NCBI GenBank assembly: GCA_024698065.1
Contig: JAILRR010000097.1
Coordinates: forward strand, 1 to 36,940
Length of the DNA stretch: 36,940 nt
Direction of reading: 5' to 3'
Source of the DNA: Bacilli bacterium
GTDB taxonomy: Bacteria; Bacillota_I; Bacilli_A; RFN20; CAG-826
Shown: positions 25,069-34,722 of the stretch, piece by piece
Layout of the letters: each line of letters begins with the position of its first letter
How positions within the stretch are numbered: the stretch's first letter is position 1
Translations under genes and position numbers: made by a program
The notes under the pieces: generated by a model
Told to the model about the DNA's origin: nothing
The model's input: the letters and a program-made list of their open reading frames with translations, nothing else
The model's database searches: none

Positions 25069-26326
25069 CGCCTTTGACTTCGTGGGTGATGCGGTAAGAG
25101 ACCTTTCTGATGAGGCTCATTGGGATATCGCTCACTTTAGCAGTGCAGAAGTCGATGGTGTCGACAGCCCTTAAGGCAATCGCGTAGTCATAGCTTCTGT
25201 CTCCATCGGCGATGCCAACGGATTTGATGTTGGTAAGGACGGCGAAGTACTGCGATGGGCGTTTGATTCCGCTCTTCTCGATCTCTTCTCTCCAGATGAG
25301 ATCAGCATCACGGAGGATGTCGAGTTTCTCTTTACGGAGTTCACCAAGGCAACGAACGCCGATGCCTGGGCCTGGGAATGGCTGACGGGAGACTTGCTCT
25401 TCTGGTAAGCCAAGGTATCTGCCGACTTCACGGACTTCGTCTTTGAATAAGTCTTTGAGAGGTTCAACTAAGCCAATGAATGGGAGGTCCTTTGGAAGAC
25501 CGCCGACATTGTGGTGGCTCTTGATGAGTTTGCCTTTGCCCATGCCAGACTCAATGCGGTCTGGGTAGATGGTGCCTTGAGCAAGATATGCGCCTTCGGC
25601 ATTGCCAGTTAAGGCTTCGGCGAAGACATCGATGAAGGTCTTGCCGATGATCTTTCTCTTTTGCTCAGGATCGGTGACACCTTTGAGGTTATCAAGGAAA
25701 AGCTGTTCTCTATCGAGATAATGGAAATCGAGAGGGAGGTCTGGGTTGTTATCGAAGGTCGCGCAGACTTGCTCTGGCTCACCTTTTCTAAGTAAGCCAT
25801 GGTTGATGAAATAGCAGTGGAGATTCTTGCCGATCGCTTTAGCGATGAGGGCAGCGGTAACCGCGGAATCAACACCACCAGAGAGAGCGCAGATGACTTT
25901 CTTGTCGCCGACTTGCTTTCTGATCTGTTCGATCATGCCTTCGGCGAAGGATTTGCCATCCCAGTTCTTTTTGGCTTTGACGATGCCAAAGAGGAAGTTC
26001 TCAAGATCTTTGTTCTCTCCTTCTTCGGAGAATTCGCCAACTGAAACGTTGGAAGGGAGCTTGTCCCCGAATTCTTTCTTCACGAGCTTAGCGCCATAGG
26101 TAACGGCTAAGATCGGTTTATTGAGTTCATAGACCCAAGAAGGAAGAGAAGCGCTTTCTTCTTCGAAGCAATCGCCAAGGACGATGCCTTCGACGTCTTC
26201 GCTCTTAATGGCTTCGATCTCCTTGTCATAGGCGGCGATCTCAGAGTAAACGTGGCTTTCTCTGATGCGACGGGCGATCACTTGGGAAGCGTGACCACCG
26301 AAGTCGACGACGATGATTTTCTCCAT
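25010..26326 (-). CDS. guaA: GMP synthase with an intact ATP-pyrophosphatase/dimerisation part and a shortened, probably inactive glutaminase domain
   Basis: PP-loop CALSGGVDS, KSHHNVGGLP, QPFPGPG and a C-terminal ...KPTSTIEFE. The N-terminal part aligns to class I GATase, but PILAVTYG replaces P[VI]LGICYG and the FHPE His/Glu segment is missing. 438 aa. Confidence 0.9.
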   Translation of the reverse strand: MEKIIVVDFGGHASQVIARRIRESHVYSEIAAYDKEIEAIKSEDVEGIVLGDCFEEESASLPSWVYELNKPILAVTYGAKLVKKEFGDKLPSNVSVGEFSEEGENKDLENFLFGIVKAKKNWDGKSFAEGMIEQIRKQVGDKKVICALSGGVDSAVTAALIAKAIGKNLHCYFINHGLLRKGEPEQVCATFDNNPDLPLDFHYLDREQLFLDNLKGVTDPEQKRKIIGKTFIDVFAEALTGNAEGAYLAQGTIYPDRIESGMGKGKLIKSHHNVGGLPKDLPFIGLVEPLKDLFKDEVREVGRYLGLPEEQVSRQPFPGPGIGVRCLGELRKEKLDILRDADLIWREEIEKSGIKRPSQYFAVLTNIKSVGIADGDRSYDYAIALRAVDTIDFCTAKVSDIPMSLIRKVSYRITHEVKGVNRVLFDATDKPTSTIEFE

Positions 26327-26330
26327 TTAA

Positions 26331-27470
26331 TTATGGCCTCCAGTAGTTAGAACTCTCTTTTTCAAGGGTGACATCGTGAGGATGGCTCTCCTTGAGAGAT
26401 GATGAAGTGATGCGGAGGAATTTGGCTTCCTTCTGAAGGGTTTCGAGGTCTTTGGCACCTTCATAACCCATACCTGCGCGGAGACCGCCAAGAAGTTCGA
26501 AGATGACGTCAGAGGCTGAGCCTTTGCAAGGGACAAGGGCCTCAACGCCTTCGGCGACGAGTTTCTTATGTGGGTCTTGGAAGTAACGGTCACTAGAACC
26601 ATTGGCCTGTGCCATGGCGGCTAAAGAGCCCATGCCACGGTACTGCTTATATTTCTTGCCATTGATGATGACGGTGTTGCCAGGAGCCTCGGCAGTGGAA
26701 CCGAAGATGGCACCGAGCATGACTGAGTCAGCGCCAGCGACGATGGCTTTGACGATATCGCCTGAGTAGCGGATGCCGCCATCGGCGATGAGAGGGATTT
26801 TATGTTCTTTGCAAGCTTTGGAGCATTCCATGATAGCGGTGATCTGTGGAACGCCCATACCGGAGATGACACGAGTGGTGCAGATGGAGCCAGGGCCCAT
26901 ACCGACCTTAATGGCGTCTGCGCCATTCTCGGCTAAGGTCTTGGCGCCTTCGTAAGTGGCGACGTTACCAGCGACGATATCGATGTTTGGGAAAGCTTTC
27001 TTGAGGTCCTTAAGGGCTTCAACGACGTTTTTGCTATGGCCATGTGCGCTATCGAGGATGAAGAAGTCGGCTCCCGCTGCGGCGAGGGCTTTCGCTCTTT
27101 CGAGTTTCTCAGCCTTGATGCCAAGAGAGGCACCGACGATGAGTTTGCCATTCTTATCTAAGTTGGCGTTTGGATATTCTTCTAAAGAAACGAGTGTGTC
27201 CTTGACCATCTTGATCTCGGCTGCTTGGGCTTCGATCGACATATTCTTATGGATGACGCCGACTCCGCCGTTTTCGGCAAGGGCGATCGCCATTTCGTGT
27301 TCGGTGACGGTGTCCATGGCGGCACTCATCAAAGGAACGTTGAGGGTGAGATTTCTAGTGAGGCGGGTTTTTAGCGACACCATGTCAGGTGTGATTTCGC
27401 TATACCTAGGGATGAGGAGAACATCATCGAATGTAAGGCCGAAGCCTACGATTTTGTCGTCAAATTGCAT
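26331..27470 (-). CDS. guaB: IMP dehydrogenase lacking the CBS/Bateman subdomain
   Basis: [10 protein letters not shown], catalytic [32 protein letters not shown] and ESHPHDV. 379 aa. Only about 19 residues lie between KMVK and LIVGASLG, where CBS pairs normally sit. AGGAGG RBS. Confidence 0.9.
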   Translation of the reverse strand: MQFDDKIVGFGLTFDDVLLIPRYSEITPDMVSLKTRLTRNLTLNVPLMSAAMDTVTEHEMAIALAENGGVGVIHKNMSIEAQAAEIKMVKDTLVSLEEYPNANLDKNGKLIVGASLGIKAEKLERAKALAAAGADFFILDSAHGHSKNVVEALKDLKKAFPNIDIVAGNVATYEGAKTLAENGADAIKVGMGPGSICTTRVISGMGVPQITAIMECSKACKEHKIPLIADGGIRYSGDIVKAIVAGADSVMLGAIFGSTAEAPGNTVIINGKKYKQYRGMGSLAAMAQANGSSDRYFQDPHKKLVAEGVEALVPCKGSASDVIFELLGGLRAGMGYEGAKDLETLQKEAKFLRITSSSLKESHPHDVTLEKESSNYWRP

Positions 27471-27960
27471 TTAAGCCACCTCCTTCTGTAACAAAAATTT
27501 TTGGGCTCTTTTTATTACGAATCATTATACCTTCCATATAATGGAGGGGAAAACCATTTCTGAGTGAAAGCGGTTACTACTCAAAATACATTTAAGAAAA
27601 AACTTAAATAAGTGCACACCCAAAAAAGAGGCAAAATCAACAGCTCAAAACAGAGCCTTTTGTACACAGCGTTAGTATTTATTCAGATTGTAGCAAGTCG
27701 TTTTGAAAGTGGCGGATTTTCCTTATCAAATTCGTTACTTTCAAACTGGGTGAAAATATGACGGAAAACATATTTACAAAATTTGATTTAAAGTAGGGGA
27801 CATCGGCTCGAATACGCATTTGAAAAGAACATTTTTACCTTGTTTTTGGGTGGTGGCTTTTACACCGGAGAATATTAAAGCATCCCTCTACCGATTTACC
27901 GATTTTTCGTCACCAAATCCCAAATTTGGACCAAATCGCATAACGCGCATATCATCTTTA

Positions 27961-27989
27961 TTGCTAAAAGGATTAGCCGCGACTAAAAT
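27961..27989 (+). promoter_or_regulatory. candidate sigma-A promoter of the xyl operon
   Basis: TTGCTA (27961-27966)-17 nt-TAAAAT (27984-27989), about 105 nt upstream of the xylA ATG. Confidence 0.35.
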
Positions 27990-28041
27990 AAAATCCATAA
28001 ACATAAGTTTTGTCCATGAGGGGAAAACAAATGCCATTGGC

Positions 28042-28055
28042 TGAAAGCGCTTTCA
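28042..28055. promoter_or_regulatory. catabolite-responsive element (cre, CcpA operator) upstream of xylA
   Basis: TGAAAGCGCTTTCA is a perfect 14-bp palindrome that matches the cre consensus TGWAANCGNTNWCA at every defined position. It lies 39 nt upstream of the xylA start. Confidence 0.65.
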
Positions 28056-28093
28056 CCTTTAGAATGGACACAAACACAAGGAGTTAACAAGAA

Positions 28094-29419
28094 ATGGAAT
28101 ACTTCCCATTCGTCAAACAGGTCCAATACAAGGGCCCATCCTCAACTGAACCATTTGCGTTCAAATATTACGATGCCAACCGCATCGTTCTTGGCAAACC
28201 AATGAAAGATTGGATGCCATTCGCTATGTCCTGGTGGCACAACCTCGGTGCTGCTGGCACCGACATGTTCGGTGGCAACACCATGGACAAGTCCTGGGGC
28301 GTCGATAAAGAAAAAGACCCAATGGGCTATGCCAAAGCCAAAGTTGATGCCGGCTTCGAATTCATGAAGAAGATGGGCATCGAATATTACTGCTTCCACG
28401 ATGTCGACCTCGTTCCAGAGTGCGACGACATCACCGTTATGTACCAGAGACTCGACGAAATCGGCGACTACCTTCTCAAGAAGCAGAAGGAAACCGGTAT
28501 CAAACTTCTTTGGTCAACCGCCAACGCCTTCGGACACCGCCGTTTCATGAACGGTGCTGGTTCCAGCAACTCCGCCGAAGTCTATTGCTTCGCCGCCGCC
28601 CAGATCAAGAAAGCTCTCGAGCTCTGCGTCAAACTCGGTGGCAAAGGCTATGTCTTCTGGGGTGGACGTGAAGGCTACGAAACCCTTCTCAACACCGACA
28701 TCAAGTTCGAAGAAGAGAACATCGCCAACCTTATGAGATGCGCCCGTGACTATGGCCGCAAGATCGGATTCAAAGGCGACTTCTACATCGAACCAAAACC
28801 AAAAGAGCCAACGAAACATCAGTATGACTTCGATGCCGCTACCGCCATCGGATTCCTCCGCAAGTACGGTCTCGACAAAGACTTCAAGATGAACATCGAA
28901 GCCAACCACGCCACCTTAGCTGGCCACACCTTCGAACACGAACTCCGTATGTCCGCCATCAACGGCATGCTCGGTTCCATCGACGCCAACGAGGGTGATA
29001 CCCTTCTCGGATGGGATGTCGACAGATTCCCAGCCAACGTTTACAGCGCCACCTTCGCTATGCTCGAAGTCATCAAAGCCGGCGGTCTCACCGGTGGCTT
29101 CAACTTCGACGCCAAGAACCGTCGCGCTTCCAACACCTATGAAGATATGTTCAAGGCTTTCGTCCTTGGCATGGATACCTTCGCTTTAGGCCTTCTCAAT
29201 GCCGAAGCCCTCATCAAAGATGGCCGCATCGAGAAGTTCGTCGAAGATAGATACGCCACCTTCAAGTCTGGCATCGGCGCCAAGATCCGCGACCACTCTG
29301 CCACCCTTGAAGATCTCGCTGCCCACGCTCTTGAAGCCAAGGTCTGCGCTGATCCAGGCAGTGGCGACGAGGAAGAACTCCAGGAAATCCTCAACCAGGT
29401 CATGTTCGGTAAGAAATAA
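28094..29419 (+). CDS. xylA: xylose isomerase
   Basis: 441 aa. [16 protein letters not shown] and [24 protein letters not shown]. Confidence 0.95.
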   Translation: MEYFPFVKQVQYKGPSSTEPFAFKYYDANRIVLGKPMKDWMPFAMSWWHNLGAAGTDMFGGNTMDKSWGVDKEKDPMGYAKAKVDAGFEFMKKMGIEYYCFHDVDLVPECDDITVMYQRLDEIGDYLLKKQKETGIKLLWSTANAFGHRRFMNGAGSSNSAEVYCFAAAQIKKALELCVKLGGKGYVFWGGREGYETLLNTDIKFEEENIANLMRCARDYGRKIGFKGDFYIEPKPKEPTKHQYDFDAATAIGFLRKYGLDKDFKMNIEANHATLAGHTFEHELRMSAINGMLGSIDANEGDTLLGWDVDRFPANVYSATFAMLEVIKAGGLTGGFNFDAKNRRASNTYEDMFKAFVLGMDTFALGLLNAEALIKDGRIEKFVEDRYATFKSGIGAKIRDHSATLEDLAAHALEAKVCADPGSGDEEELQEILNQVMFGKK

Positions 29420-30882
29420 TGGACCACTACATTGGCATTGACCTAGGGACAAGCGCCCTTAAGGCTTTATTTGTCCGCGAAGACGGAAAAATCCTTGCCA
29501 AAGCCAGCGTCCCTTATGATTGCTCACACCCACACGAATTCTGGTCTGAGCAAGAACCTTCCCTCTGGTTCAACGCTTGCAAACAAGCTGTTAAAGAATT
29601 AGTGCGCGTCACCGGCCATAGCGATGTCAAAGCAATCGGCATCGCCGGCCAGATGCATGGCCTTGTCATGCTCGATAAGGATGACAAAGTCCTTCGTCCA
29701 GCTATCCTCTGGAACGATGGAAGAAGCCAGGAAGAAACCGATTATCTCAACAACAACATCGGCAAGGCGAAGTTAACCGAATTAACCGGCAACATCGCCT
29801 TCGCCGGTTTCACTGCCCCAAAAATCCTCTGGGTCAAAAAGCATGAGCCAAGCGTCTTCGCTGCTACGAAGAAGATCATGCTTCCAAAGGATTACCTCAA
29901 CTACATGTTGAGCGGCAAATTCGTCACTGATTACAGTGATGCCAGCGGCTTCTTGCTCTTAGATGTCAGGAACCGCAAATACTCCAAAGAAATGCTCGAA
30001 ATCTGTGGCATTACCGAAGAGATGATGCCAGAGCTCCATGAGTCTAGCGACGTCATCGGCACCCTCAAAGAAGAATTCGCCAAAGAGTTCGGAATTGAGC
30101 CTGGATGCAAACTCGTTGCTGGCGCTGGAGACAACGCTGGCTCCGCGATTGGTACCGGAACCATCGGCGAAGGAAGATGCAATATCTCCCTTGGCACCTC
30201 CGGAACCATCTTCATCTCATCATCCCATTTCTGCCCAGACGTCAAAAACGCCCTTCATAGCTTCTGCGACGCTGCCGGTGCATACCATCTTCTTGGCTGC
30301 ACTCTTAGCGCTGCCAGTGCTCGTAAGTGGTGGTTAGAGCAGATCAGAGAGACCGAAGACTTCGCCAAAGACGAGATCGATGTCAAAGGCGCGAAGGAGA
30401 GCAATGTCTTCTTCATGCCATACCTCGCTGGCGAACGTTCCCCATATAACGATGTCAAAGTGAGAGCCGCTTTCCTTGGCTTAGACTCCACGACCACCAA
30501 GGCCGATATGTCTAGAGCCGTCATGGAAGGTGTCGCCTTCTCCCTCAAGGATTGCCTTGACGCCGCCAAAGAAGACGGCGCTTGCCCACAGATGGCCACC
30601 ATCTCTGGCGGAGGCTTCCGCAGTGAGGAGTGGTGCCAGATCTTCGCTGACATCTTCGAGATCCAGCTTTCCAAACTCGACGGCAACGAAGGACCATCCT
30701 TCGGTGGCGCCATCCTTGGCATGGTTGGAGATGGAAAATATGAGTCTTGCGCCGCTGCGGCTGCCAAGATCATCAAGAAAGCGAAAGTCTACTTCCCAAA
30801 CGAAGCGAAGTTCGCTTACTACCGCGCCAAACACGCCAAATATAAGAGCATCTATCCTCTTATCAAACAGATAGAAGACTAA
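29419..30882 (+). CDS. xylB: xylulokinase (FGGY family)
   Basis: IGIDLGTSALKA N-terminus and FGGY-type C-terminal GGG motif region. The start overlaps the xylA stop by 1 nt. Confidence 0.9.
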   Translation: MDHYIGIDLGTSALKALFVREDGKILAKASVPYDCSHPHEFWSEQEPSLWFNACKQAVKELVRVTGHSDVKAIGIAGQMHGLVMLDKDDKVLRPAILWNDGRSQEETDYLNNNIGKAKLTELTGNIAFAGFTAPKILWVKKHEPSVFAATKKIMLPKDYLNYMLSGKFVTDYSDASGFLLLDVRNRKYSKEMLEICGITEEMMPELHESSDVIGTLKEEFAKEFGIEPGCKLVAGAGDNAGSAIGTGTIGEGRCNISLGTSGTIFISSSHFCPDVKNALHSFCDAAGAYHLLGCTLSAASARKWWLEQIRETEDFAKDEIDVKGAKESNVFFMPYLAGERSPYNDVKVRAAFLGLDSTTTKADMSRAVMEGVAFSLKDCLDAAKEDGACPQMATISGGGFRSEEWCQIFADIFEIQLSKLDGNEGPSFGGAILGMVGDGKYESCAAAAAKIIKKAKVYFPNEAKFAYYRAKHAKYKSIYPLIKQIED

Positions 30883-30897
30883 AAAGGAGACTTATCG

Positions 30898-31686
30898 ATG
30901 TCAGAGAAGACGGTCTCGTTTGAGGAAGGTCGTTCGAATAGAGTTAACTACCTTTATCATCAAGACGATACGAATCTAACGTTTTCCGCCCATTTTCATG
31001 ACAGCTTTGAGTTCCTTTATTGCTACGAAGGCCTCTTAAAACTCTCAGTGGACAAACATGAGTTCACGCTTCACTCAGGTGAGGCTGCCCTCATTCTCCC
31101 AAACCAAATCCACCTTTATGAGACCGTTGGGTCTTCCAAAAGCTATCTTTGCATATTCTCTCCTGACCACGTCGATGCGTTTTACCCATCGACGGTCAAG
31201 GAGTGTGCAGCAAACCCTGTCTTCAAATTCGACCAATACCTGAATCTAATCGAGGACATAAAGCACTCCGGCGACCCTTATTTAGTCCGCAGTGCTTTTT
31301 ATTTCATCGCAAGCATCTACAACAAACTCCCAAAGGTGCCGCGTGAAAAGAAATTCACCACCCTTGTTGGGCAGGTTCTCTCCTACGTCGAAGAGAATTA
31401 TAAGAGCAACATCTCCCTTGATGACTTCTCGAAGAAAGTCGGTTACGACTATCACTATCTCTCTAACGTCGTCAATGACGGCCTCAAAGAAAACTTCAGA
31501 AGCTATCTCAACAGGTTCAGGGTCCAAAAGGCCATCGAGCTCTTAAAAAGAGACGATGTCCAAATTCAGGAAGTGGCAGAGGAGGTCGGTTATGACTCTT
31601 TGCGCACTTTCAACCGCAACTTCTTAAAAATAATCGGTAAGACCCCAAGGGATTACCGGGAGGAAATACTGGAGGAGAACAAATGA
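30898..31686 (+). CDS. AraC-family transcriptional regulator (cupin sensor plus HTH)
   Basis: N-terminal cupin-like FSAHFHDSFEFLY...GEAALILPNQIH. C-terminal double HTH (...VAEEVGYDSLRTFNRNFLKIIGKTPRDYR). Confidence 0.85.
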   Translation: MSEKTVSFEEGRSNRVNYLYHQDDTNLTFSAHFHDSFEFLYCYEGLLKLSVDKHEFTLHSGEAALILPNQIHLYETVGSSKSYLCIFSPDHVDAFYPSTVKECAANPVFKFDQYLNLIEDIKHSGDPYLVRSAFYFIASIYNKLPKVPREKKFTTLVGQVLSYVEENYKSNISLDDFSKKVGYDYHYLSNVVNDGLKENFRSYLNRFRVQKAIELLKRDDVQIQEVAEEVGYDSLRTFNRNFLKIIGKTPRDYREEILEENK

Positions 31687-33101
31687 AAAAGCAAGTATTC
31701 AATCCTTATTTGCCTTTAGATGAATATATCCCTGACGCTGAACCTCATATCTTTGGCGACAGAGTCTACATCTATGGCTCCCATGACCGTTTCAACGGCC
31801 ACGATTTCTGTGTCTTGGACCACATCACTTACAGCGCCCCAATCGATGATTTAAGTGATTGGCGTTACGAAGGCGTCATCTTCAAGAGAAAAGACGACCC
31901 ACATAATGGCAAGAACGGCAGAAGTCCTCTTTACGCCCCAGATGCCATCCAGGGCCCAGATGGAAAATATTATCTTTACTACTTCGCCGCTTACCATAAC
32001 GAGATCGGCGTCGCTGTCTGCGATACCCCATGCGGACAGTTCAAACCTATCGGTTATGTCCACCATGCCGATGGCACCCACCTTGGCAGAAAGAAAGGCG
32101 ATGGCTTCGCTTTCGACCCAGGCGTCTACGTCGAAGGAAATGACGTTTATCTCTACACCGGCTTCGGACCAGTCCATTACCCATTAACAATGGGCAAGCA
32201 GTCCAAAGAAGGCGCGACTTGCTGCAAGCTCGACAAAGACATGATGACCATCATCGGCGAGCCAAAGATCATCTGCAAAGTTAAGAGAAACAGCAAAGGC
32301 ACCGAATGGGAAGGCCACGAATTCTTCGAAGCTTCCTCCATGAGAAAGATCGGTGACAAATACTATTTCATCTATTCTTCCTTCCTCGGACACGAGCTTT
32401 GCTACGCTATCTCCGATAAACCAGATGGCGACTTCCACTTCGGTGGCACCATCATCTCAATCGGTGATATCGGCCTTGGCAACCACAAAGATCCAAAGAC
32501 CGCGAGCAACTTCACCGGCAACACCCATGGTTCCATCCTTACCATTGGCGACAAGCACTATATCTTCTATCACCGTCACACCAATAGAGATTGCTTCTCC
32601 CGTCAGGCTTGCGCTGAGCCAATCGAAATCGCTGCCGATGGCTCCATCAAACAAGTCGAAGTCACTTCCTGTGGCTTAAATGGTGGACCTCTCAAAGCCG
32701 AAGGCGCTTACCCAGCCTACATCGCTTGCAACCTCACTTCTCCAAAAGGCGGCAAGTTCATGAGCCCATTCAAGTGCCATGGCCACCCATATTTCACCCA
32801 GAGCAAAGATGAGAAGCCAGTCCCATATATCGCTAACGTCTTTAATGGCGTCAGAGCTGGTTTCAAATACTTCGACTTCAAGAATGAGAAAGTTGATTTC
32901 TCCCTTACCTTAAAAGGCAAAGCCGAAGGTTACTTCAAAGTCATCATCGATGACAAAGAAGTCGGCAAGGTTGAAGTTAAGCCATCCAAGGAACTCGCCA
33001 CCTTCAAGACCGAGATCAAAGTCGAGAAGGGCAAGCATGCCTTATTCGTCGAATATGTCGGCAAAGGCAAGTGCGAACTCCACACAATCGCCTTCAATTA
33101 A
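31683..33101 (+). CDS. glycoside hydrolase family 43 (beta-xylosidase/alpha-L-arabinofuranosidase type) with a C-terminal beta-sandwich
   Basis: NPYLPLDEYIPDAEPHIFGDRVYIYGSHD N-terminus, YAPD, and FFEASSMRKIGDKYYFIYS, typical of GH43 five-bladed propellers. ATGA overlap with the regulator gene. Confidence 0.8.
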   Translation: MKKQVFNPYLPLDEYIPDAEPHIFGDRVYIYGSHDRFNGHDFCVLDHITYSAPIDDLSDWRYEGVIFKRKDDPHNGKNGRSPLYAPDAIQGPDGKYYLYYFAAYHNEIGVAVCDTPCGQFKPIGYVHHADGTHLGRKKGDGFAFDPGVYVEGNDVYLYTGFGPVHYPLTMGKQSKEGATCCKLDKDMMTIIGEPKIICKVKRNSKGTEWEGHEFFEASSMRKIGDKYYFIYSSFLGHELCYAISDKPDGDFHFGGTIISIGDIGLGNHKDPKTASNFTGNTHGSILTIGDKHYIFYHRHTNRDCFSRQACAEPIEIAADGSIKQVEVTSCGLNGGPLKAEGAYPAYIACNLTSPKGGKFMSPFKCHGHPYFTQSKDEKPVPYIANVFNGVRAGFKYFDFKNEKVDFSLTLKGKAEGYFKVIIDDKEVGKVEVKPSKELATFKTEIKVEKGKHALFVEYVGKGKCELHTIAFN

Positions 33102-33118
33102 GCGATAACCTAAAAATT

Positions 33119-33147
33119 AAGACCCTGTTTCACAGGGTCTTTTTTCT
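33119..33147 (+). terminator. intrinsic terminator of the xyl operon
   Basis: AAGACCCTG (33119-33127)/CAGGGTCTT (33133-33141) followed by a T-run. Confidence 0.8.
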
Positions 33148-33164
33148 TCCGGATCATTTTTTTC

Positions 33165-33192
33165 TTGTTAAATATGTCGGATACGATATAAT
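33165..33192 (+). promoter_or_regulatory. sigma-A promoter of the marR-gpx unit; would give a leaderless or near-leaderless transcript
   Basis: TTGTTA (33165-33170)-16 nt-TATAAT (33187-33192). The ATG at 33199 lies only 6 nt after the -10 element and has no Shine-Dalgarno sequence. Confidence 0.45.
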
Positions 33193-33198
33193 GTAGGC

Positions 33199-33645
33199 AT
33201 GGAAAAGAATGAAAACGCCAAATTCGAGTCACTCTACCTCAGGAATCAAATCTGTTTCCCAACGTATGCGGTGGCGAACAAAATCCTAAGAAGGTATCAA
33301 CCTCTCCTTAAGGAACTTGATCTGACTTACACCCAGTACATCACGATGATGGTTCTCTGGGAGAAAAGGAAGGTCAACGAGAAGGATTTGGTGGAAGCCC
33401 TCTATCTCAAAGCCAACACCTTGACCGATCTCTTAAAGAAGCTCAAGGAGAAGGGCTATGTCGATATCGAAAAAGACAAAGAGGATAAAAGAAACATCGT
33501 TATCATTCTGACCGAAAAGGGCCTTGCTCTAAGAGAAAAGGCCGTGAGTGTCCCTTCTTGCATCTATCAAGACCATTGGCTCACAGATGAAGAATTTGTG
33601 ACATTCAGGGTCCTACTTGAGAAGATGCTTAAAGGCAATTGGTAG
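33199..33645 (+). CDS. MarR-family regulator, OhrR-like (single N-terminal Cys)
   Basis: LRNQICFPTYAVANK (compare the OhrR sensing Cys context) and winged-helix LTYTQYITMMVLWE...LKEKGYVDIEKDKEDKRNIVIILTEKG. Confidence 0.8.
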   Translation: MEKNENAKFESLYLRNQICFPTYAVANKILRRYQPLLKELDLTYTQYITMMVLWEKRKVNEKDLVEALYLKANTLTDLLKKLKEKGYVDIEKDKEDKRNIVIILTEKGLALREKAVSVPSCIYQDHWLTDEEFVTFRVLLEKMLKGNW

Positions 33646-33661
33646 ACAAAGGAGAAAAACA

Positions 33662-34210
33662 ATGAGCTCTATCTATGATTTGAATGTTACGCGCGCTGAC
33701 GGAAGCGAACTCTCGCTTAAGGAATTCGAAGGCAAAGTCATCCTTGTCGTCAACACCGCGACTGGCTGCGGATTCACCCCACAGTACGCCCCAATCGAAG
33801 AGATGTACAAGAAATACCACGAAAAAGGTTTTGAAGTCATCGATGTCCCTTGCAACCAATTCGCCGGACAGGCTCCAGGCAGCGATGAGGAAATCCATGA
33901 ATTCTGCACCCTCAAATATAACACCACCTTCCCTCAGATGAAGAAGAGTGACGTCAACGGTGAGAATGAGATCCCTCTCTTCAAATACCTTAAGAGCAAG
34001 AAGGGCTTCGAATCCTTTGGTAAAGGCCCAAAGGCTCTCATGATGAAAGCCGTCGCCAAGATGAAGGACCGCAAATACAAAGAGAACTCCGACATCAAAT
34101 GGAACTTCACCAAATTCATCGTCGACCGTAATGGCGAAGTCGTCGCAAGATTCGAACCGACCATCGACATGAAAGAAGTCGAGAAGTGCGTTGTCTCTTT
34201 ACTTGGATAA
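33662..34210 (+). CDS. glutathione peroxidase family (Cys-type)
   Basis: ATG at 33662 with AAGGAG upstream. VNTATGCGFTPQY, FPQMKKSDVNG and IKWNFTKFIVDRNG. Confidence 0.9.
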   Translation: MSSIYDLNVTRADGSELSLKEFEGKVILVVNTATGCGFTPQYAPIEEMYKKYHEKGFEVIDVPCNQFAGQAPGSDEEIHEFCTLKYNTTFPQMKKSDVNGENEIPLFKYLKSKKGFESFGKGPKALMMKAVAKMKDRKYKENSDIKWNFTKFIVDRNGEVVARFEPTIDMKEVEKCVVSLLG

Positions 34211-34273
34211 GAGATATAAGAGAAAATAAATTAACAGCCGACACATATATTCCAATTTAGGAGGAAAAAAAGA

Positions 34274-34720
34274 ATGACTAAAGTCGAATTCTTGAAAGAA
34301 CTTGCTAAAGGTTGGTTTGGCAATAGCCAGCAACATAGCATCCATGCCGAAATGTTAGCCGACAGAGGCTTCAAAGGCTTAGCCGAGAAGATCGCTGCCG
34401 AAGCCGAAGAGGAGTGGAACGAAGCCAAAGAGGTCAATAAGCGCCTCATTGAGCTTGGCGAAACCCCAGAGGTTGCTATCTCCGATTACCCAGTCATCAA
34501 AGACGTCAAAGAGATGCTTGAATACGATTGCAATGAAAGCGCTGCCGCTCTCCCAGCGATGTCTCAGGCCTTAGCCCTCTTCGCCGATGATTATGTGACT
34601 GCCAATATGATCCAGAAATTCATCGTCGATGAGCAAGATCACTATAACTGGGTGAGAGCCCATCTCAACCTCATCAAAGAGATTGGCTACGAGAACTATC
34701 TCATCGAGCAGATTGGCTAA
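34274..34720 (+). CDS. ferritin-like superfamily protein (bacterioferritin-like four-helix bundle)
   Basis: C-terminal VDEQDHYNWVRAHLNLIKEIGYENYLIEQIG resembles the Bfr ADEEGHIDWLETELDLIxKxGxQNYLQSQ. Some ferroxidase ligand positions appear substituted. AGGAGGAAAA RBS. Confidence 0.55.
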   Translation: MTKVEFLKELAKGWFGNSQQHSIHAEMLADRGFKGLAEKIAAEAEEEWNEAKEVNKRLIELGETPEVAISDYPVIKDVKEMLEYDCNESAAALPAMSQALALFADDYVTANMIQKFIVDEQDHYNWVRAHLNLIKEIGYENYLIEQIG

Positions 34721-34722
34721 TT

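Noticed and set aside
27471-27700. Possible purine riboswitch or other leader RNA upstream of guaB
   Set aside because: I read the minus strand for the purine-riboswitch core (P1 with conserved J1-2/J2-3 and loop-loop sequences) and found nothing resembling it. The leader between the TATAAT box (27524-27529) and the RBS is only about 40 nt.
27820-28044. 74-aa ORF in the guaB-xylA intergenic region
   Set aside because: It has a non-ATG start, no RBS and an unremarkable translation. It also overlaps the candidate xyl promoter and runs into the cre site.
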